Below the pieces are notes generated by a model. That model ran no database searches and had not been told where the DNA came from. It worked only from the letters and a program-made list of their open reading frames with translations. From Spirochaetales bacterium (GTDB lineage Bacteria > Spirochaetota > Spirochaetia > CADAEX01): 64,000 bases of DNA. Below, piece after piece: positions 29,528 to 38,014 of the stretch (within the stretch, counting starts at the first letter, position 1; every line of letters starts with the position of its first letter). The stretch lies in contig JACKPD010000003.1 in assembly GCA_024233785.1 (NCBI GenBank), positions 40,190 through 104,189 of the forward strand, read 5' to 3'. Made by a program: the position numbers and the translations under genes.

Positions 29528-30841
29528 CTATTCATCAAATATGCCTGATTCAGGAACAGGCGGAAGTGAATAATCTTTATCCGCCTTTATCCTTACCAGG
29601 TGAACAGACTCGCCTGCATATTTTTTAATAAAATCATCAATATCAGTTTTTCTGTTCCGCTCATAGAGGGCAGGATAAAAATCGCCTTCTGGGCTTATAT
29701 AAGGCAAAAGTGCGGCTATATGATAATGCTGCCTTAAAACCGGATTTTTTCCGAAGTCACCGTTTATTGAACCAAGATATATATAACCGGGATCAGTAAC
29801 GGCAAGATAATAGAGCAGCGCTTTTAAACCGGATACAGGATAACCTATGTCAGGAATATAAATTTCATAAGGATACGAAGTAACATCAACATCGGCAACC
29901 CGGACTTCGGAATCAGGGTGGTCAAGTTCATAAATTGTCATCGCGATATTCCTGGTCCAGTCAAGGCCGAACATGGGATCGCGAAGATCTTCGTATAGAA
30001 GACTTAAAGTATCCCGCCTGTCCTTAAAATTCTTTTTTTTCAGTTTATTGATATCCATTAAGCGGCTGGTTTTCGCATAATATACGCCGTCAGATATCCA
30101 TTTTGTAAAACCCGAGCAGTTGAACCCCTGGGCCGGATTGTTTTTAAGGCTTTCAATAAAAATAAACCGTCCGTCCGGCCCCTGCGCACCGTCTTCAGAA
30201 TCTTTAAGAAGGGGTAGTTTGGCGTCAATACTGGAAGCAATATTTTTTATAATAGTATTTTCTGTTTCGTTATAGACTGCCTTAAGCATATTCCAGTCAA
30301 TTATATAATCTGACATAACTATGATTGACTCGAAAGGCTGGGTTATGAATTCCTCGAGTGTTACGGGAAGCAGTACATCCTTATAAATCTTTGAGCCGAA
30401 AAGTACGAACTCAAGCAGAGACTCATTATCATGCTCTGCAATTCTCACATAGGTTTCGGGATCATTATTCAGAAACACCTTGATCTGTTCCAGATTACCG
30501 CTTTGAATATTCCTTTTGATTATATATGTCCCGGCTGAAACAACAGGAAAAAATGAACCTGACCTGTCGTTTTTCTCATTCAGAAAAAGGAAATACCAGG
30601 AATTGTCCCTTTTTAATATCTGAAATTTGACCTTTCTGCCTGTAATATAAGAATCAGCAATAATATCACTCTGCAGCTCAATTTCCGAATTGGACCCTGT
30701 GATAATGTTTATAAATTCCCTTCTGGTTTCATAATTCTCAGGCAGAAAAGTATCTGCATCCCTTGCACTGATAAATCCTGTGGAGAGAATCAGCTGAATA
30801 AGTAATATAAAATATTTTAAGGTTATTTTGCTTCCTTCCAT
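29528..30841 (-). CDS. hypothetical secreted protein
   Basis: 437 aa. N-terminal signal sequence. No recognisable domain. Overlaps der by 19 nt. Confidence 0.45.
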   Translation of the reverse strand: MEGSKITLKYFILLIQLILSTGFISARDADTFLPENYETRREFINIITGSNSEIELQSDIIADSYITGRKVKFQILKRDNSWYFLFLNEKNDRSGSFFPVVSAGTYIIKRNIQSGNLEQIKVFLNNDPETYVRIAEHDNESLLEFVLFGSKIYKDVLLPVTLEEFITQPFESIIVMSDYIIDWNMLKAVYNETENTIIKNIASSIDAKLPLLKDSEDGAQGPDGRFIFIESLKNNPAQGFNCSGFTKWISDGVYYAKTSRLMDINKLKKKNFKDRRDTLSLLYEDLRDPMFGLDWTRNIAMTIYELDHPDSEVRVADVDVTSYPYEIYIPDIGYPVSGLKALLYYLAVTDPGYIYLGSINGDFGKNPVLRQHYHIAALLPYISPEGDFYPALYERNRKTDIDDFIKKYAGESVHLVRIKADKDYSLPPVPESGIFDE

Positions 30842-32196
30842 GTTTTTTCTGTTTCTCTTATATCAATTTCAAAGGGAATCGCGCTGAATCCAAAACTTTT
30901 TCTTATCCTGTTTTTGATATACTTAAGGTATGAAGGGGGGAACCCCTTGCTCTTGTTAACAAAAATGAGAAATCTTGAAGGCTTTATGCAGGTCTGGGTC
31001 ATATATTTTATCTTGTATCTGACCCTGCTTCCTGTTGACGGCGGAGGGCTGTCTTCTACCCAATCCTTTAATGCCTTATTAAGATTTGCAGTCGACACCC
31101 TGGTTTCGAGCTGCCTGTTTACCTTGAAGGCTGTTTTAAGCAGGTTGTCAATTCCTTCGCCGGTAAGGGCTGAAATCGGAATAATAGGGGCAAAGTCAAG
31201 AACAGGAAACATAAATCTGACGCGGTCTTCAATCGCCGCCATCCTGTTGGGAATATCTTTCAATTTGTCCCATTTGTTAATAACTATGATTATCCCCTTC
31301 CCTTTTTTAACAACATGCCCTGCAATTTTTTTATCCTGGTCCGAAAGACCTTCTTCCGCGTCAATTACCATAAAAACAAGGTCTGAATCATCTATTGATT
31401 TAATTGCCCTGGTAACAGAATAGTATTCAACATTTTCTGTTACCCGGCTCTTGCGCCTTATTCCGGCTGTATCCATTACCCTGAATATGGCATTATTATA
31501 AATAAACTCCCCTTCAACTATGTCTCTTGTAGTTCCGGGAATATCTGAAACAATAGATTTATCTGTGCCGGTAAGTCTGTTGGAAAGGGTGGATTTGCCT
31601 GTATTGGGTTTTCCCAGTATTGCCAGGTTTATCACATTCTCATTTTCTGATGGTCCGGCAGCTGAAAAAACTGCCCTTTCTTCCAGGAATTCCTCTATCT
31701 GTTCTTCAAGTATATCTATATTGTAGCCGTGCGCCGAAGAAACAGGAATCACTTTTTCAAAGCCGAATGAATAATAGTTCCAGACCTCATTCTCCTTTTC
31801 AGGCGTATCGACCTTGTTGACAACAAGTATTGTCTTATCCATGAATTTCCTGATTTTTTCAATAAATATCTGGTCTTCCGGTGTAACTTCCCTTGCATCA
31901 AGAACAAACAGGACAAGATCAGCCCCTTCCATCTGCGCAATACTTCTGTCTGAAACTATCTGGTCAATACCTGATTTGGATGTATTCACACCGCCGGTAT
32001 CTGACAGCCTTACTTTTTTATCCCCGATTTTAAAAAATTCACTTACAGCATCTCTTGTAACACCGGGAGTTGGGTCTGTAATGGATTTTCTTTTACCTAT
32101 TAATCTGTTAAACAGGGTCGATTTACCGACATTCGGCCTTCCGGCTATTACAACACCCGGGATACGGTTTTTATTTGAGTCCACTGAATCTTCCAT
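30823..32196 (-). CDS. der: ribosome-associated GTPase Der (EngA)
   Basis: Two tandem GTPase domains (GRPNVGKST and GKPNTGKST) plus a KH-like C-terminus. Confidence 0.9.
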   Translation of the reverse strand: MEDSVDSNKNRIPGVVIAGRPNVGKSTLFNRLIGKRKSITDPTPGVTRDAVSEFFKIGDKKVRLSDTGGVNTSKSGIDQIVSDRSIAQMEGADLVLFVLDAREVTPEDQIFIEKIRKFMDKTILVVNKVDTPEKENEVWNYYSFGFEKVIPVSSAHGYNIDILEEQIEEFLEERAVFSAAGPSENENVINLAILGKPNTGKSTLSNRLTGTDKSIVSDIPGTTRDIVEGEFIYNNAIFRVMDTAGIRRKSRVTENVEYYSVTRAIKSIDDSDLVFMVIDAEEGLSDQDKKIAGHVVKKGKGIIIVINKWDKLKDIPNRMAAIEDRVRFMFPVLDFAPIIPISALTGEGIDNLLKTAFKVNRQLETRVSTANLNKALKDWVEDSPPPSTGSRVRYKIKYMTQTCIKPSRFLIFVNKSKGFPPSYLKYIKNRIRKSFGFSAIPFEIDIRETEKTWKEAK

Positions 32197-33946
32197 TGAA
32201 CCAGTTTTCTAAATAGCTGTTTATCTCGGTTCCCGATCCCATTTCCAGAATCGTTTCTATCATCTTTTTTGCTTCTTTTATTTCCACGTTTCGTATTACC
32301 TTTTTTACTATTGGTATTGATGCCGGACTCATACTCAACTCTTCAAGTCCCAGGCCCAGGAGAACAATTGTCGCTACAGGATCCCCGCCGACCTCCCCGC
32401 AAAGGCTTACAGGAATCCCGGCTTTTTTTCCTGCATCAACTGTCATTTTTATTAATCTGATCACGGCCGGATGGTAGGGCTGATAAAGGTATGCTATTTT
32501 TTCATTGCCCCTGTCAATCGCAATTGTGTACTGAATCAAATCATTTGTGCCTATTGAGAAAAAATTTACCTTTTTAGCAAGAAATTCAGCGGCAAGAACC
32601 GCGGCCGGAACTTCTATCATTACTCCGATCGGAACGTTATCTTTAAAGTCAATCTTTTCATTTCTGAGTTCCTGCTTAACCTTATCAATTATTTCAAGAA
32701 CTTCGTCCATTTCCTCAATGCAGGATATCATCGGAAACATTATTCTTAAGTCCCCATGGACAGAAGCCCGGAACAGGGCTCTCAGCTGGATCTTGAATGC
32801 ATTATTATTACTTAGACAGAACCTTATACCTCTCCAGCCTAAAAGGGGGTTTTTCTCATGATGTTCATCATATCCAGGCAGTATTTTATCACCGCCTATA
32901 TCGAGAGTCCTGATAGTAACAGGTCTGCCTTCCATTTTATCAAGAAGTGATTTATAAATTTCACACTGTTTATCTTCGCTGGTATGAAGCTCTGATTGAA
33001 GAAGAAGGAATTCAGACCTGAAAAGGCCAATACCGTCTGCTCCATGATCTATAACTGATTCAATTTCTTCCGGCAGCTCAATATTTGCCTTCATTATGAT
33101 TTTCTGACCGTCATCAGTTACAGCTTCTTTCTTAACATAAGGCCTCAGCTGTCTTGTTGTCTCAACTTTTCTTTCCAGCTTATCAGCATAAAGCAATATT
33201 GCGGCATCATCTGGATCAACTACAACAATACCTGAATCGCCGTCAACAATCACATCTACGCCGGTCCTGACCTTACGTGTAATTGTAGAAAGCCCTACAA
33301 CCGCAGGTATTTCAAAAGACCGCGCAATAATTGCGGTATGGGAGGTCCTTCCTCCGGCATCCAGAATTATCCCTTTTATGTTTTTTTTATCCATTGTGAT
33401 GGCATCTGACGGCAAAAGGTCGTGAGCGGCGATTATATAAGGCGAATCAAGTTCCGAGAGGGTAATCCTTTCGGTAAACATTAGGTTGTTAAGAACTCTT
33501 TTTGATACATCCTTAAGATCGCTCTCCCTGTCTTGGAGATAAGAATTCCGGGAGGATTTGAGTTTTTCAATCAGGGCCTCTATCGCTTCAAACAGGACCC
33601 ATTCTACATTTCTAAGCTGTTTCTCAAGCGCACTGCTAACCTGATTTATAAAATCAGGATCGCTCAGCATCAGGATATGGGAGTCAAGCATCAGCAGTTC
33701 TTTATCACCCATCTGAAGATAAGCTTTTTCCTTAATTGCTTCGAGTTCGTTCCTTGCTTTCTCTATAGCTTCAAGAAATCTGCTGTGTTCATTCTTTACA
33801 TCTTTCGCAGTAATTTCATATTTCGGAATATTCAGATTTTCCTCGTAATAAAGAAAAACCTTTCCAATATAAATACCTGGAGATGCTGATATGCCTTTGA
33901 TTATTTCCATCGGAATAAATATAAAGTCTTTATCAATGCTTGTCAA
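32171..33946 (-). CDS. ptsI: phosphoenolpyruvate-protein phosphotransferase (PTS enzyme I)
   Basis: GGRTSHTAIIARS phospho-histidine motif and a PEP-utilising C-terminal barrel. Confidence 0.9.
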   Translation of the reverse strand: MTSIDKDFIFIPMEIIKGISASPGIYIGKVFLYYEENLNIPKYEITAKDVKNEHSRFLEAIEKARNELEAIKEKAYLQMGDKELLMLDSHILMLSDPDFINQVSSALEKQLRNVEWVLFEAIEALIEKLKSSRNSYLQDRESDLKDVSKRVLNNLMFTERITLSELDSPYIIAAHDLLPSDAITMDKKNIKGIILDAGGRTSHTAIIARSFEIPAVVGLSTITRKVRTGVDVIVDGDSGIVVVDPDDAAILLYADKLERKVETTRQLRPYVKKEAVTDDGQKIIMKANIELPEEIESVIDHGADGIGLFRSEFLLLQSELHTSEDKQCEIYKSLLDKMEGRPVTIRTLDIGGDKILPGYDEHHEKNPLLGWRGIRFCLSNNNAFKIQLRALFRASVHGDLRIMFPMISCIEEMDEVLEIIDKVKQELRNEKIDFKDNVPIGVMIEVPAAVLAAEFLAKKVNFFSIGTNDLIQYTIAIDRGNEKIAYLYQPYHPAVIRLIKMTVDAGKKAGIPVSLCGEVGGDPVATIVLLGLGLEELSMSPASIPIVKKVIRNVEIKEAKKMIETILEMGSGTEINSYLENWFNGRFSGLK

Positions 33947-33970
33947 ATATGCCTGAGCTCAATTTTCAAA

Positions 33971-34834
33971 TTGCTTTCAGGCTGCAAATCTCATGAATAC
34001 TGTCAAAATGCCGATATTAATGCTGTCATGAAACAGAATAAGAAAAAAATCAATAAAAAATCCTGGCAGCCGGGCTGCATATTCTGGATTGCGCTTATAT
34101 TACTTGTTATAACCCTTTTTCTTGTGAACCAGAAAAAAATGGAAAAGGTTATAGCATCGACAGGTTTTTTCAATCTTTTTTCACCCTCATCCTCTAAAAA
34201 TGATAAAAAGGGGCCGGAAGTAAAAAGGATATCCGGGGAGAGCAGTCAGCAGGAAAAAGAATCTTTGCCTGTAAAGGAAGCGGAAATCGAAATAGTCAAG
34301 GTTGAGACCGAAAATCCGGAAAAAGTGGAAGAAAATAAAGAAAAACTCCAGGATAAGACAGTCATTGCAGCAGTTAAACCCCCGGAAGAAACCGCGGCAG
34401 TATCGTATAAAGTGCGCGACAGTATTCTATATTTTATTGTTATAAATGATGATGGATCCACAATGCTGAAAAAAACAGCACGAAGCATAAGATATACAGA
34501 TTCACCGTTGACATCGACAATAAAATCACTTCTTACAGGAGTATCATCTTCTGAATTAAACAGCAGTTTTATTTCACTTATTCCCGAAAAGACTGTCTTA
34601 AAAAAATTATGGATCTCGGACGGAACAGCATATATGGATTTCAGTGAGAATTTTCTATTCAATTCCTTTGGCCTTGAAGGATACATGGGTCAGTTAAAAC
34701 AGATTATATACACTGCCACAGAATTCCCTACAGTTAAAAGAGTACAGATATTAATTGAAGGACAGGTTAAAAGCTATCTCGGGGAAGGTATTTTTATCGG
34801 AAATCCGTTAACCAGGGAAACAATAAGCAAATAG
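33971..34834 (+). CDS. GerMN-domain membrane-anchored protein
   Basis: N-terminal TM, low-complexity linker and C-terminal GerMN-like domain. The start may be a downstream Met. Confidence 0.6.
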   Translation: MLSGCKSHEYCQNADINAVMKQNKKKINKKSWQPGCIFWIALILLVITLFLVNQKKMEKVIASTGFFNLFSPSSSKNDKKGPEVKRISGESSQQEKESLPVKEAEIEIVKVETENPEKVEENKEKLQDKTVIAAVKPPEETAAVSYKVRDSILYFIVINDDGSTMLKKTARSIRYTDSPLTSTIKSLLTGVSSSELNSSFISLIPEKTVLKKLWISDGTAYMDFSENFLFNSFGLEGYMGQLKQIIYTATEFPTVKRVQILIEGQVKSYLGEGIFIGNPLTRETISK

Positions 34835-34844
34835 AGATTCCCGG

Positions 34845-35627
34845 TCAGCCGTAAACCAGGGTTTTTAACATAATTTTTAAATCATTTTTCAGGCCGGCAG
34901 TATTCACAGGACTATCTCCGGTTATATAAAACAGAAATTCGTTATTCCCCTTTCGGCCGGAAACAGGTGATTTTATGATATCAAGCACAAATGCGTTTTC
35001 ATCAAAAAGGCTGTCAATAACTTTAAGCAGAGTTTCTTCAAGTACTGTTTTGCTCTGAACAATTCCCTTTTTCAGGTTTTCACTGCCGGTTTCAAACTGC
35101 GGTTTGACTAGGGCGATAAGCCTTCTTTCACTGACAAGGCTCAGTATTTTTGAGGCGGCCCTGTTTATCGAACGGAAGGACAGATCTGCAACTCCGATAT
35201 CAGGCACCGGATCAAGAGATTCGATATGCATTATATTTGTTTTTTCATGCAGAATAACGTTCTTATTGTTTCTGAGGTTATAGTCAATCTGATTGTAACC
35301 GACATCAACAGAGTGGACAAACAATGCGCCGTGCTGAAGCAGACAATCTGTAAATCCTCCGGTCGAACTTCCTGCATCAAGAAATCCTTTTCCTTTAATC
35401 CCAATATTCCAGAATCCGATAGCGTGTTCAAGTTTTAACCCGCCTCTTGAAACAAACTTTTTTTCCTCAATACTGATTTCCGCATTAATATCAATTTTTT
35501 GCCCCGGCTGACGGATACGTACTCCGTCAGCGAGAACATTTCCGCAAAGTATCAGAGCATAATTTTTTTCGGAACTGTTTGATTTATATTTTTCATTCAT
35601 CAGGGAGAGAAGAGAAGCAGATTTCAT
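34845..35627 (-). CDS. tlyA: TlyA-family rRNA 2'-O-methyltransferase (S4 + FtsJ domains)
   Basis: S4-like N-terminus and SAM-MTase GxSTGG motif. Confidence 0.85.
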   Translation of the reverse strand: MKSASLLSLMNEKYKSNSSEKNYALILCGNVLADGVRIRQPGQKIDINAEISIEEKKFVSRGGLKLEHAIGFWNIGIKGKGFLDAGSSTGGFTDCLLQHGALFVHSVDVGYNQIDYNLRNNKNVILHEKTNIMHIESLDPVPDIGVADLSFRSINRAASKILSLVSERRLIALVKPQFETGSENLKKGIVQSKTVLEETLLKVIDSLFDENAFVLDIIKSPVSGRKGNNEFLFYITGDSPVNTAGLKNDLKIMLKTLVYG

Positions 35628-36427
35628 ACTTTTTCATAAATCCGTTCTATGCCCATTGCAAGGCCTGTGGCAGGATCAAATTCTGCCAGAATACCATTAA
35701 TCATAAGATCAGTTTCCGCTATTTCCATTTTAATGGGCATCTGAGTCATAAAACGCTGGATTGCTATCATTTTATCTGAACCGATTACTGACTCTTCAGG
35801 TCCGGTCATACCGACATCTGTAATATACGCAGTTCCCCGGGGAAGTATTTTTTCATCTGCTGTCTGAATGTGTGTATGAGTGCCGGCAATTAAACTTACA
35901 TCTCCGTCAAGGTAATGCGCAAGTGATTCTTTTTCAGATGTTGACTCTGCATGGAAATCAATGACAATTATATTGATGTTTCCTTCCTTTTTGATTTTCC
36001 TTATTATTTCCCTGGCGGATCTGAACGGGCAGTCAAGATTTGACATGCTTTCACGCCCTTCAAGGTTGATAACTGCGGCTTTTATCCCTTTCTTCTCAAC
36101 AATGCAGTAACCCCTGCCGGGTGCGCCTTCGGGATAGTTTGCAGGTCTTAGTATGTTGACAGAATCCTTAAGGAGCTGCACACCGTCGGGTTTTTGCCAG
36201 ACATGGTTGCCTGTTGTTATTACATCAGCACCGCTTTGAAACAGCTGTTCAGCTGTCTTGGGAATAATACCGAAACCATCAGCGGAATTTTCACCGTTGA
36301 TTATTACCAAATCCGGATTTTTTTTCTTTATTATGGATTTAAGGTTAAAAAAAACAGCCCTGCATCCGGCCTGTCCGATAACATCGCCGAGAAGCAGGAC
36401 TTTAAAGGAATTATCTTGCATATTCAA
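35624..36427 (-). CDS. ymdB: YmdB-like metallophosphoesterase (2',3'-cNMP phosphodiesterase, TIGR00282 family)
   Basis: LLLGDVIG...GNH metallophosphatase motifs. Immediately downstream of rny as in Bacillus. Confidence 0.85.
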   Translation of the reverse strand: MNMQDNSFKVLLLGDVIGQAGCRAVFFNLKSIIKKKNPDLVIINGENSADGFGIIPKTAEQLFQSGADVITTGNHVWQKPDGVQLLKDSVNILRPANYPEGAPGRGYCIVEKKGIKAAVINLEGRESMSNLDCPFRSAREIIRKIKKEGNINIIVIDFHAESTSEKESLAHYLDGDVSLIAGTHTHIQTADEKILPRGTAYITDVGMTGPEESVIGSDKMIAIQRFMTQMPIKMEIAETDLMINGILAEFDPATGLAMGIERIYEKV

Positions 36428-37940
36428 CTATACGGGTTTCCCTGATAATAGTTACCCTTATCCTGCCGGGATATCTAAGTTCAGATTCTATTTTTTTTGC
36501 AATGGTTTTACACAGCTCTGACGCCTGTTCATCATTTACAGCTTCGTTGTTAACAAGAATTCTTAGTTCTCGTCCCGCCTGTATTGCATATGCCTTGTCA
36601 ACTCCTGGAAAATCTATTGCAATCTTTTCAAGATTTTCCAGCCTCTTGATATAGTTGTCAATAGTTTCCCGTCTTGCACCGGGGCGGGCTGCCGATATGG
36701 CATCTGCTATCTGGACTATCACAGATTCTATACAAGAAGGTTCAATATCGTTATGGTGAGAGCCTATAGCATTTATTACTCTCGCGTCTTCTCCGATCTT
36801 TTTTGCAGCATCCATACCTATTTCCGCATGATTGCCGTCACCGTTTGTCTCAATACCTTTGCCGATATCATGGAGAAGAGCTGCGCGTCTTGTTATCATC
36901 CTGTTGGCGCCTACTTCAGCAGCTATAAGGCTTGCTATGATAGCTACCTCTTTTGAATGCTGCAGAACGTTCTGGCCGTAGCTGGTTCTGAAATGAAGTC
37001 TGCCAAGCGCCCTTATACCTTCCGGGCTCATGTTGTGTATGCCAAGATCAAAAAGTACTTTTTCGCCTTCTTCAAATACTGTCTGGTTAATTTCTTTTTT
37101 TACTTTCTGAACAATCTCTTCTATTCTTGCAGGATGGATCCTGCCGTCCATAATAAGACGTTCAAGGGAAACCCTTGCAATTTCTTTCCTGACAGGATCG
37201 AAACAGGATATAACAACAGCTTCAGGCGTATCATCAATAATTACATCTACTCCTGTCAGTGTTTCCAGGGTTCTTATATTACGACCTTCGCGTCCGATAA
37301 TTCTCCCCTTCATTTCGTCACTTGGAAGACTTACAGAAGCTATTGTTACCTCAGAACTTACATCTGTGGCAATTCTCTGAATAGTCGCAACAAGTATTTC
37401 TCTTGCTTTTTTTTCCGCAGAAAGCTGGGCTTCCTGTTCAATTTTGTTAAGCAGAGCCTGCGCATCGTGTTTTGCTTCATTCTCAAGTGAATCCATTATG
37501 AGTTTTTTGGCATCAGATGCGGAAAGACCTGAAACTTCTTCAAGTTTTCTCTGCCACTCTTTTTCCTGCTCTTCTAAAGCATCCTCTTTCTTTTCAAGAT
37601 ATCTCTCACGGTCTGTAATCGCCTGAGATTGTTTCTCAAGCATATTAATTTTACTATCGAGGTTGTCTTCTTTTTGAAGTAATCGTCTCTCAAAACGCTG
37701 AAGTTCGCTTCTTCTTTCCCGAAAATCCTTCTCCTGCTGATTCCTTTCTCTAAGCAACTGATCTTTAGCTTCTAAAAACAGTTCCTTTTTCCTTGCTTCA
37801 GCCTCTTTTACAGCATCCTGTTTTATACGTTCAGCTTTCTGCTCTGATGATGACAGCTGAACTCTTGCATATAGCCACCGAATTATCCAACCTAATATCA
37901 AACCAATGAGAGGAAGAATAATATAAAGAATTAATTGCAT
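36411..37940 (-). CDS. rny: ribonuclease Y
   Basis: N-terminal TM, coiled coil, KH domain and HD domain (HDIGK). Confidence 0.9.
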   Translation of the reverse strand: MQLILYIILPLIGLILGWIIRWLYARVQLSSSEQKAERIKQDAVKEAEARKKELFLEAKDQLLRERNQQEKDFRERRSELQRFERRLLQKEDNLDSKINMLEKQSQAITDRERYLEKKEDALEEQEKEWQRKLEEVSGLSASDAKKLIMDSLENEAKHDAQALLNKIEQEAQLSAEKKAREILVATIQRIATDVSSEVTIASVSLPSDEMKGRIIGREGRNIRTLETLTGVDVIIDDTPEAVVISCFDPVRKEIARVSLERLIMDGRIHPARIEEIVQKVKKEINQTVFEEGEKVLFDLGIHNMSPEGIRALGRLHFRTSYGQNVLQHSKEVAIIASLIAAEVGANRMITRRAALLHDIGKGIETNGDGNHAEIGMDAAKKIGEDARVINAIGSHHNDIEPSCIESVIVQIADAISAARPGARRETIDNYIKRLENLEKIAIDFPGVDKAYAIQAGRELRILVNNEAVNDEQASELCKTIAKKIESELRYPGRIRVTIIRETRIVEYAR

Positions 37941-38014
37941 AATCTTCCTCCAGTTTAACTTTTAATAAAAAATAATACATATTTTTTATGTCGGTTGTCA
38001 AGAATTATTGCTAT

